Origin: Eledone cirrhosa
Lineage: Eukaryota
Assembly: GCA_964016885.1 (NCBI GenBank)
Contig: OZ024745.1
Span: 31,248,001 to 31,312,000, forward strand
Length of the DNA stretch: 64,000 nt
Direction of reading: 5' to 3'
The translations under genes were made by a program, and so were the position numbers. The notes under the pieces were generated by a model that saw only the letters and a list, made by a program, of their open reading frames with translations, was not told where the DNA came from and did not search any database. This document shows positions 16,136-29,785 of this stretch, piece by piece. Numbering within the stretch: position 1 is the first letter of the stretch; every line of letters begins with the position of its first letter.

Positions 16136-17304
16136 GTAAATAACTGTGAAGGCCATATGAAGTTGTTAACAAATTTATTCCAATGAGCTATTATATATAT
16201 TTTTCTGGGGTTGATGATTAAGTGATGTAATCACCACACAACCCTTGACCCAAGTTCATCAGATAGCATTCTTAGAGATAAAGACAAGCAACTTCTATAG
16301 ATTAACAAGGGGCGGTTCATTTCTAGCTAGCCAACTCCTGTATGTATGTATATATATAAATGTGTGTGTGTGTGTGTGTACAAATACATACACACTCCCA
16401 CATATACACACATCGACATTACAGTTGTGTGGTTAAGAGGGTTGCTTTGCAAATACATAGTTGAAACACAATGGAACAAACTGCTACAAAATAAAATAAA
16501 ACAAAACATTTAAGTCGGTTTTAAATCTCTATCATGACTACTATAATACAATTCTTTCAGTTACAACAAAATCTCAGATGAAATGATTTATCAAACATGT
16601 ACAGCTGCAAAAATACTTAGTATAATACTAGTCGATGTAAAGAAATGAAAGTAGAAACTAATTATTAGCTTTAAAGAAAAATGATATTTATCATAATGTA
16701 CCTGCTAGCTGGTATAAATATTTAATGATGTCTTAAGCATAGTTTGATTAGAAGGCTAAAAAAATATTGTATTGATAAAATTGCAAAAATGTTGGGATAA
16801 AGGTATCTTAGGAGAGGCAAGAAGGGTCAAGTTGCATTGTTTAGTGTAAAGTAATTTTTAGATAATACTATCTTCTCAGTATCTATAAATTATTGTCATA
16901 AACTATGTAGAAGTTAAAGACTGTATTGAGAATATCAGTGAAGCTGAAAAAGTCACTAGTTCACTGCTAACAACTCTTATCATGTAATATATAAATATGT
17001 AATAAGGTGTGTTAGACTGACAAAGCCCATCTCTCTCTCTCTCTTGTAATACGTAATAAGGTTTGTTAGCCTGACAAAGCAGCTCCCTTTAAGCTACTAA
17101 TTATGGCTGGGTATCATAAGTGTGAGATACAAGTGATGTAAAATGGCTCAAATAGGAATCTAATCTACATTGCCAGAATGCCTTAGTGTCTAGTTCAGTC
17201 ACGAGCTGCATGTGACTCATTTCACTTTCTGAATGGCACATCTAATTTCAAAATTGCTTTCAATCTTTTAGTAGTGAGGCTCACCTTATGATGAGCCACA
17301 TCCT

Positions 17305-17508
17305 ATGGTTTCTGGTTAAGGCACAAGGCCAACCATTTTGGGGGAGGGAAAAGTCGATTAAATCAAACCTAGGTACTTTATTTTATTGACTTCATAAGGA
17401 TGAAAGGCAAAGCTAATCTCAGCGGGATTTGAACTCAGAATGTAGAGGGATGAAACTATATGCCACAAAGCATATTGTCCAACACTCTGCTGATACTGCC
17501 AATCTGCC
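17305..17508 (-). mobile_element. SINE family A, diverged
   Basis: ggcacaaggcc...aaggatgaaaggcaaag...gatttgaactcag...gatactgccaatc. Confidence 0.75.
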
Positions 17509-17569
17509 TTTTATGATATAATAAGAAGAAATGAACTAGTTCATATAGTATAGCTTCAGGCTGAATTTG

Positions 17570-17872
17570 GTGCCCACTTGTAAAAATATTTCATGATGGT
17601 TCATGACAATTGTTTACCATCAAACAGAAGCTTTAACGTTCAGGTCACTGAAGGTGCTTTGGACATCTACTTCATTGGCACTTCAGATTACAACATAGCC
17701 ATTCTGTCTGTGTTCCAAGATCCAGTCATGCAGTATCCATTTATCTGCTTCATGGGATTTTATGCTATTTGTGCAGTTAATTTCTTCCAATTTCTAACTA
17801 GCTTCTCCTCCACATTAAACTCATGAGCAACTTTGCTGTTGTTCTTGTGTTCATGCTACCACTTGCACCATA
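17570..17872 (-). pseudogene. Degenerate pogo-like transposase N-terminus (HTH/CENP-B-type)
   Basis: Minus-strand frames give EHKNNSKVAHEFNVEEKLVRNWKK and LHDWILEHRQNGYVV, typical of pogo DNA-binding domains; frameshifted. Confidence 0.55.
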
Positions 17873-17878
17873 AGTATA

Positions 17879-17934
<56 letters not shown>

Positions 17935-18162
17935 ATATGCGTGTAGGTGTGTATGTATATATATATATACAAGTGTGTGTGTGTATATATATTCACATCC
18001 ATGCTAGTGTAAATCTGAAAGCACGGACATATGCCCCTGGGTGAATGTGCTATAGGTTCACTCCTTTATTTTTCTGTTCGATAATCTCTCACACTACATG
18101 TTTCCTAGTCTTCTCTACACCCTAGTCTTCACAAACCAACTTCACACCATATTTCCTCATTC

Positions 18163-18200
<38 letters not shown>

Positions 18201-19703
18201 TATCATCATCATCATCATACATCCCCTTTTCCTTGCTTGCAAGGGTGGGATGGGTTCTATTCAGCACAGCATCTCTCCACTTGTCATGGTTCTTCGTCAT
18301 CTCCACCGTGAGTTTCAGCGATCTGAGGTCTGCTCTCACCACCTCCGCCCATGTTTTTCGTGGTCTTCCTTCAACTGGCATTTCTTGTCACTTCTTCACC
18401 AATCAGTCATCCTCCATGTGCATCACATGTCCATACCATCGCAGTCTCCTCTCCTGCATATAACAACTTATCCCTCTCAGACAGTTTCTCTCTCAACACA
18501 TCCATGCTCGGCCGTTCACGCACATTGATATTGCACATCCAACAGAGCATGCTTGCCTCATTTCTCTCCAACCATCTCATATCCTCTGCAGTTGCTGCTC
18601 ATGTCTCATTACCATACAGCATCGCACACCTCACACAGGCATCATATAACCGTCCTTTCGTATGCAGGGAGAAACCCTTCTTCGTCAGCAGAGGAAGCAG
18701 TTCCCTAAACTTCCAACCCGTCCTTATTCTAGATACTATGGCTTTGGAACACCTCCCTCCCATGCTAATCTGATCACCAAGGTACCGGAAGCTATCAACC
18801 ACTTCTATAGCACCCATCTGCATTGGAAAAATGTGTATCACTGCGATTACTACTGCCAACTTTCCATGTACATCTACTGCATACATAGTTTTCCCAACCT
18901 GTTAGTTTGCCTGCTATCCCACTACATCTCTTGTGTACTCAAGATCTTCATTGTGTACATTTTATAGAATTTATGCCAGTTCCTTTTCTGCATATCGAAC
19001 ATGGCCATTTCCCTGGCGGAATCAGAGTTTTGTCCTCTTTTCTACTTATCAACACTTTTGTCTTAGCTAGGTTCACTCTCAGTCCTCTTAATTCCAACTG
19101 CTGTTTCCATAGCCAGAATTTATTCTCTAGCTCCTGTACTGATTCTGCTATAAGAACCAGATCGTCAGCATAGAGAAGTTCCCATGGGCAGCCAGACTTA
19201 AACTCCTCTGTTATGGCTTGGAGGACTATAATGAACAAGAGCGGGCTGAGGACCGAACCTTGATGTACTCCTACTTGTATCTGGAATTCCTCACTAAACT
19301 CCATTCCTACCTTCACTTTACTGACAGTACCTCTGTACAAAGTTTACACTGTCCTCACAAGCCATTCCTCAGCACCCAGCATCCTTAGGGACCACCAGAT
19401 GACAGATCGGGGTACCCTATCAAAAGCTAAGTATAGTGGCTTATTCTTCTCTAAGAACCTCTCTTGTAATTGTCTCACCAAGAAGAGGGCATCTGTTGCA
19501 CTCTTCCCAGGCACAAAACCAAACTGCATCTCATCTAGTTTGACCCTTTCTCTAATTAGTTGCGTTAATATCCTTTCTGCCACTTTCATGACCTGATCCA
19601 TCAGTTTTATGCCCCTATAATTGCTCCTCTCCAGAGCATCCCCTTTACCTTTGTAGCAATTTATGAGAATACTGCTGCACCAGTCTTTGGGTATGACACC
19701 GCC
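18201..19703 (-). pseudogene. 5'-truncated RTE-clade LINE (RT, PHD-like finger, C-terminus, (GAT)n tail)
   Basis: ORFs 19344-19601 (QFGFVPGKSATDA), 18948-19340 (GVHQGSVLSPLLF, LLYADDL), 18599-18886, 18157-18381 (GRPRKTW); tail at ~18202-18217. Confidence 0.92.
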
Positions 19704-20304
19704 ATATATAATTTTCTTCTTTATACAATTTTCTATCTTGTATATGTATTATCTCATCACCTCATTAATTCCTTGTAGCACATGTCCCCTTTAACGATGC
19801 CTGAACAGCACATCCTACCCCCTACCCAATAGTAAAGCACAGCAATCTCATATCATACACTGCACTACCACCACATCCACACCACACACAGCACCTCAGC
19901 CTCAACACATACATGCCAACATGTCTAGGGATAGCCAAAACGCCACACCACGCTACTCACATCAACCTTTGCTCCTCACCATGCTACTCACATCAACCTT
20001 TGCTCCTCACCACACAAACTCATCACTATGCCCCTCCCCCCACCTATATTACAAGTGAAAACATTCCTCGTAATTAATCCAACAATCAAAACAACTTAAA
20101 ATGACCAACATATGAAGTTTTTTGAATGCAATGTATATTCATTCTGTCATCACTACAACAGAGGTCCGACGAGCTTTTGATTCCAGAGTCAGACTAAACC
20201 GATACAGATCGAACCTTGAGCTGATCAGTAGCGAAATGCATGTCACCAACCAATAAATGTAATGAAGGAGTAACCATTCGTCCTATTATTATTATTATAT
20301 TACA

Positions 20305-20492
20305 AGGGCGGTGGATTGGCAGTATCGGTAGAGAGTCGGACACCATGCTTTGAAGCATAGAGTTACGTCCCTTTATGATCCGAGTTCAAATCCCGCCGAG
20401 GTTAACTTTGCCTTTCATCCTTACGGGGTCGATAAAATAAAGTACCAGTAATGTACTGGGTAATTGCTGGCCTTGTGCCTAAAATAGAAACA
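20305..20492 (+). mobile_element. SINE family A, full length
   Basis: 17-bp TSD attattattatattaca at 20288-20304 and 20493-20509. Confidence 0.9.
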
Positions 20493-20584
20493 ATTATTAT
20501 TATATTACACTCTGTCTAGCTCTGCACCTCGATACTGATGTAAAACTAAACCGAGTGCTCACCCGGGTGAACCTACAGTAACTC

Positions 20585-20650
20585 TGTGTTACACTCCCTG
20601 GATATATATATAATATATATATATTATATATATCCAGGGAGTGTAACACA
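20585..20650. repeat. 66-bp near-perfect palindrome centred on (TA)n
   Basis: tgtgttacactccctggata ...(ta)n... tatccagggagtgtaacaca. Confidence 0.9.
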
Positions 20651-20654
20651 TATG

Positions 20655-21232
20655 TGAAGGCGCATGGCTTAGTGGTTAAAGCATTGGGCTTGCAATCGAA
20701 AGGTTGTGAGTTCAATTCTCGGACTGGGTGATGTGTTGTTTCCTTGAGCAAGACACTTTATTTCATGTTGCTCCAGTTTCATCATCATTTCATTTTACGT
20801 CCGCTTTTTCCCTGCTTGCAAGGGTGGGATGGGAACTGATTTTGGCTTGAATTCTACAGCTGGATGCCCTTCCTAACACCAACCTCATTTACAGTGAGTG
20901 CTGGGTGCTTTTTTGCTGTGGCACCTCCACGACCACTTTGCAGTGGAATGATATGGACCCCAGTCCCTATCATCTCATTTTTACAGCTGAGTAAACTGGA
21001 GCAATGTGAAATAAAGTGTCTTGCTCAAGGAAACAACACATCACCCGGTCTGAGAATTGAACTCACAACCTTTCGATTGCAAGGCCAATGTTCTAACCAC
21101 TAAGCCATGAGCTTCAGCTGTAGAAATGAGTACCGGCCTGCTCGCCCAGCCAGTGGGATGGTGTTATCTTATTGTTAAAACAACGAGCTGATTGGCACTC
21201 GACAGACTGGTCGGTCAAGGTGATCAAGGTGA
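20655..21232 (+). mobile_element. SINE family C interrupted by an inverted related SINE
   Basis: Head gtgaaggcgcatggcttagtggttaaagc...ccttgagcaagacactttatttc...ctccagtt, resumes at cagctgtagaaatgagtacc (~21115). Confidence 0.7.
20779..21113 (-). mobile_element. SINE with family-C head and RTE-like 3' tail (family D)
   Basis: Near-identical to 51461-51805; tail acccttgcaagcaggga...ggacgtaaaatgaaatgatgatg resembles the RTE 3' end at 18201-18250. Confidence 0.8.
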
Positions 21233-24200
21233 TATATATATATATGTATATGTATGTATATATATATATTACAGTATATTCTAGTATGACTAGGCAATTT
21301 GGCTTTAAAACTTTGTTGCATAGTTTTCTTATAATGACAGAAATGGAAATTGTTAAAGCATGTCACAAGATGATTGACCATAATTTATAATTTATTTTGA
21401 GCAATATGATGTATCTGCCAGAGATATGAAACCCAGATAATTGATTTCTGGGATAAATAACTTAGATTTTTCTCTATTAAAAGTAAACCCATTGGTTTTT
21501 AATATTACCAGTACCTGTAGTTTATTAGAATGCTCTGACATAAAATTGTTGCTATAAAAATGTCATCATTAAAAACATTTTACTGGTATTTCTTTTGTAT
21601 TTCAAAATACATGTCTAGATTTTAATACTGTTAGAACATAAGTTTGAAACATCAAATAAATCTGATAATCAAATACTGAAAGTGTTGGTAGAATTTTGAT
21701 ATCACTAATTTTTTTATGACTGTCTTTTCTTTATAGCAAACTTCATTATAAGTGAAATTGTAAATTTTTTAGTACACTTTAAGTAAAAAAAAGTCTCAAC
21801 TTCTATACTCAAATATTTACAGTAGCTTGGTCACAGAAAGATGTTAGTAAAAGTAGCAGAGTATAAACTGATAACTATAATACTCTATCAATTTGGCTAT
21901 CTACCCTCTCTTGATAGATAACAACTACTGTTAATATCTCTGTTAAATTTCTAGACATTTAAAATCTAATTATACTGATTGAAAATTGAATTATGTTCAA
22001 TATCTTTATTTTTCTAATGCAACATTATGTAATGGGTTGTAGCTTTCTGGTGAGTTCTTTGGGTGCTTGGCTATTGGCCACCCACCACCACCTCATTCAT
22101 CATCACCACCACAAACACCATCATCATAGTTTTATGTTTACTTTTTGAGGCGGTGTTCTATTGCATACACCATTTCTAATGGCAGCCATTACTTGTGTTT
22201 AAGTAAGGTGGTTTATTCCACTGGTCTTCACCTGCCAAACTACTAAACAGCAACACTTAAAATAATGTCACTGCTGCCTCAGCAGTGACATTTTGAAGAC
22301 ATGCCTAGGCAAATGCACTCACATACACATCAATTTATATATATACCAACACCACACTGTCTCTTAGGGAAATATATTTATCACAAAATGTACACCTAGT
22401 TGTATATAAGTAGATACACATCTCCATAGAAAGCACTTTACTAATACAAAATGGTCGACAATTCTCACTTGCAGTATATTTTTCATATTCCAGTAGAAAA
22501 ATATCTATTTTTATAACTTTGCCAGACCTAACTCTAGTAAATGTTAAGTATAATGAAAATGAACAGATGTTATACCAAGAATGTGGTTCATGTGAATCTA
22601 AAGAAGCAGTTTTAGGTGGTGACTGCTGATAATGTTTTCTAACACAGCAGGCACAAGGCAATACAGTTTTGGAAAGGTGTATAGTCAATTGAATCAGTCC
22701 CTGTACTTGATAAATACTTTGTTTTATTAACAAGTTTTGGTAGTTCATAATAGGTTTCATAAGATTAAAGAATTCACTAATTTTTTTACATAAGACAATC
22801 TAAAATTTAATTTAATTTAATGCTTTTGATACCAAACTACCTGAAATCCAGGATACAAAACTGGTTATTTTAAAATATTTATCTTCATAATAAAAAAAAA
22901 CTATCATCATAATTTAATTTAAGAAATTTTTGTTAGAAATGTTCAAAATATCAGCTTACTAATGAAAGAGTTGGTTATTTTATTAAATTCCTCCAAATAT
23001 TTGATTATTTTCAAAATTAATTGAAACACATAGATGGTGTATGTCATTAGAAATATGTTAATGAAGAAGTTAAAAGACAGATAGTGTCTTTCATTAGAAA
23101 TATGTAAATGAAAGGGTTAATCCTCTCACTTGCTCTCTCTCCCTTCCCTTCTACTTGTTGAATCCCCATACAAAATTCTCTTATTTGATCTTATGCTAGT
23201 AGTACTCCTAGCCTGTGGGTGGCCAGAACTAATAAAAAATTTGAGAAACTTGTTGAAACTTAACGTAATGGAAACTCATTACGTAATGGAGTTGTGAAAC
23301 AAAAACTACTCTAAAATATTAAAATTTCATAAATATATTTTATACTCATGAGAATTTCAAAACCATACCATCTAAACGTGTTGATTAGCTGTCTCGGCTT
23401 ATAAACGGCATTTACGTTTTTGGATTTCTCAAACATAAAATAGAGCATTGGCTTATATTCCAGTATATATGGTAAATACCATAAAGCTTTTGGTTTAACA
23501 CTACTGGTTTCTGCCAAACAAACACAGCATATAAATACTGAACGTCTTTCATAATATTTGGAATCCTATTGGAGGCAGTAGAAATGGCTGAGAGTGTAGA
23601 ATGACAGGCAAGATACTTTTATTGTATTTAGTTTGATACAACACTGTTTCCGCAGAATTTAAACTCAAAACAACGTTTCATCTCAAACAGTGGTAATATA
23701 TTTAAGTTAATATAACTAACACTACCTTTCAATTTCCAAAAGCTGACTTACCTGTCTAGTTAAATAATAAACTGACATTTCTAACATTTATTTTTACCTG
23801 AGAACCGAAGACTAGTCAAAATTCAGACACCATTTCTAATATCACCCAGTAAACTACTTCAGGCTTGAGAAGATGTGTCATAGGAAGATACAGAAGAGTG
23901 GTTTCTTCTTATTTTCTGATAGTTCCTAAGGAACTAGCCATGGCTGAGAATTGAAACCAAACTGAAAATTTGAAGTGCCAGGAACTTACTTTCAACACTG
24001 TTGTGTTCGCACAAGTTAATAATATATCTGTAGTTAGATGTATGTATATACATGTATATATATGGGAAAGAAATGAGAGTAAAATTTATTCACATTCCAT
24101 AGTGAGACTTTTACTGGAGAAAATTTATAGGGTGTTGGTTTACTGGCTGAGAAGCTGACAGTTACTACATCATATCTAACGGTTAAATTGTTAATACTTA

Positions 24201-25665
24201 ATTATCAGTAGCTCAGTGCACCTGACTATATAGTTTCTTTTCAGTACTGAGATTATATCCATTTATAACCTAGAAATAGATGGCGCTCCTCCAGACTGAC
24301 CACTTTGGTAAACTATAGTTACCATAACACCAAAGTTACTGAACCTTTTTATACATTGCTCATTAGACTTTTCATGGCCATATTTCTACTAAAAGACACT
24401 ACCTATATTCTGAAAATAACCAATAATTTGTTCAGTAAAGTAACTAAGTTTCACATTATCAAGTTGGTGTTTGGATCACAGCCTGCTAAGTTGAAGAGGG
24501 CAAAATGTCCAAGTATTGCCGCTCTCTGATAGGTTTGTGGCAGAACCTGTAGAAATGGAGACTTCCGGCATTTTTGAATTACTTAATACACTGTATTTGA
24601 ATTACTTAATGTAGAATATGGAGAGAATTACTAAATTTATTATTTCATTATTATAAAAATGGATTTTTTATATATAAAATTATGCTGGATGATTTTCATT
24701 TCAATAGAAACCCTTTAAAATGAGTGGATTTGTTCTAGAGAACCAGAGGTGGTTTGGATGGGTTGGTGTGAAAAGGGTTAAGTAATATATTGGGTGTGCT
24801 ATAACTCTGCTGGATTTTATTTGGCTGACTGTCATTAGATTCCATTTCTATTTGGAAGTTTTATTGTTTGATGTAAGATGATGCTAGCATAGATGCGAGA
24901 TACTTAAAACAAAACAAACAAGAAAGAAATGAACAGACTGTTCTATTAACTGTAAGTTAATGTAATTAATTTAATTTTTATGTTAAGAAAGCAAGAACTG
25001 GCAAAAAGAAGATTGGAAGATAAGAGATGGTATGATAGGAAAAAAGCAGAAGATAAAGGAAGAAAAATATATAAATAGGGAAAGTAAAGAGTTATAGACA
25101 TGAAACACATACACACAGGGGAAGGAGATAAACCATCGAACTAAGTGCAATAATGTGTATTTGTTACAGATATGCAACTGGAGTATAGTCTCAAGTATCA
25201 TTATAATAAATGAATTCAATGAGAGTATATTAGAGGCATGATCAATATAATAAGATAAAAGATTGAAAAGAGAAGATTCACAGATAAAATAAAATGAAAT
25301 ACATTATATGAAAAGTAGTCTACAGAGAATTAAATATAAATGGAAGTGCTCATATACATTAGTCAGAGAATTTCCTCAATTTTGAAGAAGAAACAGCATC
25401 ACAATTATAGATAAAACATTTTAAAAGTCATAATCATATTAGAAATCATCACCATTATTGTCCATTGTTTAGCCCCAGATCAGCCCTGATCAAGCAGACC
25501 TATAATTACAATAACATAATAATCAAAGGTCTTTCAACTGTAACCATCCAGTTTTTTGTATCTTATCTTCCTTTGTTTAATATGGTATTTCTTAAATAAT
25601 GAAACACAAATATTTTCAACAGGTAGAGTGGTCATGTAGATTATCATTATTACTATTATTGGCAG

Positions 25666-25878
25666 GGCGGTGGATTGGCAGTATCGGTAGAGGATTGGAC
25701 GCCATGCTTTGCAGCATGGGGTTACGGCCCTCTATGATCTGAGTCAAATCCTGCCGAGGTTAACTTTGCCTTTCATTCTTACGGGATCGATAAAATAAAG
25801 TACCAGTCACGCACTGGGGTTGATTTAATTGACTTTCCCCTTCTCCCAAATTACTGGCCTTGTGCCTATATAAGAAAC
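25666..25878 (+). mobile_element. SINE family A inserted at the head of an older SINE
   Basis: 21-bp TSD cattattactattattggcag at 25645-25665 and 25879-25899. Confidence 0.88.
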
Positions 25879-27331
25879 CATTATTACTATTATTGGCAGA
25901 AGTGTTAGAGCGTTGGACTAAATGCCTTCTAGTATTTATTCCAGCTTCTTACATTTTGAGTTTAAATCTCACTGAAGTCAACTTTACCTTTCAGTCTTCC
26001 ACACTTCATTACTTGTTACTAGGTTCAGAGCCCCATTTCTGGGAAGGTGGAAATTGGGAAATTGAATTGATTCCAGTATATTACTGGAAATTATTTTGAT
26101 GACCACAGAAGGCTCATGTATGTAGTTGCTTGACCTGCTAAAAATGGTAACCACATCCTACTATCTTACAAAAGGAAGTATACATTGGATAATAAAATCA
26201 TAAACATTCTATAGGGAGGAATTAGTCCAAAAATCCTTAGATGATAAAGATAAAGAGCTTGAAAATGATAAGTTAGGTGAGCAAATCAAATAAATACAAG
26301 CAACCAGGACATAAACTGCTCCAGATTGTTTAGATAAGAGTAATCAAGGGAAAACAAGACAGATGTGACTGTACATTGAATTAATAACAGTGATTTTGAC
26401 AAATGACATGCTTGTTGTAGAAAGAATGTTGGTGGGAGATTAGATGGCAGTATATCAAAGAAATTGCTTCCAACTTCAGTACCAAGTTAGTTTTAAATTA
26501 GGTTAATTACAAGAAGTAGTCTCCACCATCACCATCACTAACATTGTTATTTGAGGCCATGCTACAGTTAGAAGTAATGGTAATGTGATGTTTTAAGTGC
26601 TAAGTGCTAAACATCAGATAAAACAATTCCTCAATGGGTGAATATTGTTTTCTGTCTCAGTGCTATCACATTAGTGACAACATACTTTGAACTGTATATT
26701 AATTTCTGTTGGACAACATACAAGTCTTTGAACTGTATATTAATTTCTGTTGGTGAGGTTCCTTTCTTTTTAATCATTTGTTCTGGGGAAATGGATTGTG
26801 CCAATGGCCTTTGCAAACCCTCCCACAAACCAGTTGGTGTTCCTCTTGAAAAACTGCAGTGAGAGAATATCATCATCATTAACGTCTACTTTCCAAGCTT
26901 GCTGTCACATGAGGCCAGACAAGTCATGTGACGACATCTCATGTTTTTACTTGGTTTTCTATGGTTCGATGTCCTCCGTAATGCCAACCACCTTACAAGG
27001 TGGACTGGGTGCTTTTATTATGTCATGCACCAACATTATTATTATTTTATTATTATTATTATGACCACTTTAAAAAAGTGGACTGGGTGTTTTTTGTCAA
27101 GGCACCAGTAGGACCACCTTACAAGGTAGACTGGGTGCTTTTAATAACATTTCAAGAAGGGAGGATTTGGGGAAGTGGTTAGTGTGATGATTAGAGGTAG
27201 ACCGGGCACCAACAGGAGGAGAGATATGTAAGGAAACAACATGTCTGTGAGCCAAAGACAGAATTTTGTTGCTGAGTGAAATAGAGACAAACTGGGATTT
27301 TGTGAATCTTATGTTTCCCATGAGTAATAAT

Positions 27332-27437
27332 TGTTTCAACTTTTGGCACAAGGCCAGCAATTACCCAGTACATTACTGGTACTTTATTTTATCGACCCCG
27401 TAAGGATGAAAGGCAAAGTTAACCTTGGCGGGATTTG
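27332..27437 (-). mobile_element. 5'-truncated SINE family A
   Basis: TSD gagtaataat at 27322-27331 and 27438-27447. Confidence 0.85.
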
Positions 27438-29010
27438 GAGTAATAATAGAGTAAAACTGCTTACGCTATAATCAAAACTGGATCAGTTCTTCACAAGTTG
27501 CCTAAATTTTACAGTAAAAAATGTCTTTCTTTTAAGATGGTAGGGTGTGATATAAGGGATTTGACTGCTATTTCTAGCAATTAGAGCGACCACATAAAGG
27601 TTCCCTTATCAGTGTATTTTATAATTGCTTTAGTTATTTGTTGAAACATTTTTAACAGGTTAAAAATGAGGAATATCCGTAACTAAAATATCGGTGTTAG
27701 ATTCAGTGTGATAGTATGTTGTAATTAAATTTGTCCAACTCATGCAAGCGTGGAAAGCAGACGTAAAAACATTGATGATGATATACGATTGTAGTAGTAA
27801 AAAACTCTCAGGAGAGCAGGACAGCAGAAGGTCTTTTGAGAAGAAAAATCTCTTTGAGCAAGTCTTTGCAGAAAATAGAATCCTCCAGGGGGTTAGTCCC
27901 CATGGCAAGCAGTGGAGTGCCACATATGTGAAGAGTTTTGAACTGACTGGATAGTTGATGTAATAGCTTTAACCCACATTAAGCTGCAGCTGTCTAAAAC
28001 TGAAATATCTAAACAAGCCTGTGATCGAGCTTCTATATGCCTGCTTTATCTGTTAGAAATAGCAGTCAAATATCCATCAATTACATCCTGTCACCTTAAA
28101 AAAAGGAAGGACACATTGGACAATATAGTTCTAGATAAACAAAACAAAAAAAAAAAAAAATGACTGACATATTTAATATCTAATATAGTGATCTCTAAAA
28201 TAGACACAAGTTTACATATTTAAGGGGAGGATATAATCAATCATATCAGCCCAGTATTTGACTGGTACTTTCATTTATCTACCCCGAAGATGAAAGTGAA
28301 GTAACCCTGGCTAGAGTTAAACTCCGGATATACCGACATTACTAAATACCACAACCCATTTTGTTCAACTTTCTAACAAACATTTCTGGCAATACTTATT
28401 GCCACTAAAATGATGAGATCATATAAACACCACCCAGTGAAATAATGCAATTCACACGAAAATAGGCTCTATAAAAACCCACTAAACAACAATGCCAAAC
28501 TGGTACATTCTACAAACAAAAGCCACCATTCCTAAAAGATAATACAGCACACACCTCAGGTACACAGAGATGCAACTGGTGGGGCAATAGAAACTCATAT
28601 ATATATATATTTTTTTTTTTAAATGGTGCTAGTGATAATAATGATGATGATGATGATGATGAGAAGCAAATATTATTCTGATAAAAATTTTAACTTGAGA
28701 AGAAGATAAAGACTTGATTCTTAAGTCAAACATTCTCTTGCAGAGACACAACGTATTTCATGAGTAGAATATTAATGACTGCTCTTTTACTTCCCAAGTA
28801 TTAAATTAGATTAGCCAGCTAGTTGTTGGCTTGAAGAATTATTATATCAAATAATTCTCAAAACCTTTCCAATAGAAGTTTACAGTCTGTTAAATATAAA
28901 TAAAATAATTTATAAAAGACCAAGCTTCAAAAAGCCGGTACAATGCTGTAAAAAAAAATACAAAGGGCAAACGGTGACAAATAAAACAAAGTAATGTTTT
29001 ACTCAGTATA

Positions 29011-29063
29011 TTTCAACATGATATTTCAGGGATATTACCCGCTTTTCAAATGAGAAGTTGAAA
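29011..29063 (-). ncRNA. Candidate minimal type I hammerhead ribozyme, U3-A8 core variant
   Basis: Minus: tttcaac-ttct-cat TTGAAAA gc ggg-taatat-ccc t GAAA ta TC atg-ttgaaa. Confidence 0.4.
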
Positions 29064-29785
29064 CAGTTCAAAACAAAATGAATGATCGATGTGTTCTTCC
29101 TTAACTGGTCTATGTTATACTACTTTAATTCATAAATGTTTAAGAAACAAGATACCTTTTATTTCTTTAAAAACATGCTTCCATAGTAATGCAATAAGTT
29201 AAATTCACTCTTAATGTCTTGTATTACATGAAACCACATTAGCATGACGTTCTTGAAAAGTACAAATCTAATTTGTTAATGTTAATAAAATCAAACCATT
29301 ACTTAGATATAAATTTTAATAAAAAATGTAACAAACGAAAAACAATTCAAACATTTTGAGATGCTATTTTCGACTGTGAAACCCTAAATTAAAGCTTGTT
29401 TAGCTTTTATCTAAGTCTGGCCTGATTGTTGATATAAGAATATATTTTCCTTAAAAATGAGTAAATTAATATATTAATATATTCAGTGTTAACAATGGGA
29501 ATACAAATACAAATACAAAAGTGGGATATTTGGTAAACGCTGATAAACAAACAGGAGTATTTAGCATTTGCAGATCCATTACATTAAAGACATGCACTGT
29601 TTCAGATTGCTCACTAAACACAAGACACAACTGATAGTTTCTGTTGCCAAAGTACCTACATCTCGATCTAATATTGCAATATAAATGACATTTTGATCAA
29701 ACTAGCTTCCCTGAATGCCAGCACAAAGGATTCAGAAAACATAACCAAAATTCTAAAACAATCAGTAGGTACTATAGGAGGCTGT

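Noticed and set aside
23494-23560. Minus-strand HHR-like GAAACCAGTA motif
   Set aside because: Upstream core (tatgaaaga) does not fit CUGANGA or UUGANAA and stems are weak; at best a decayed relic
26631-26879. 82-aa minus ORF as host exon
   Set aside because: No recognisable motif; includes a local ~40-bp tandem duplication and abuts a repeat tail
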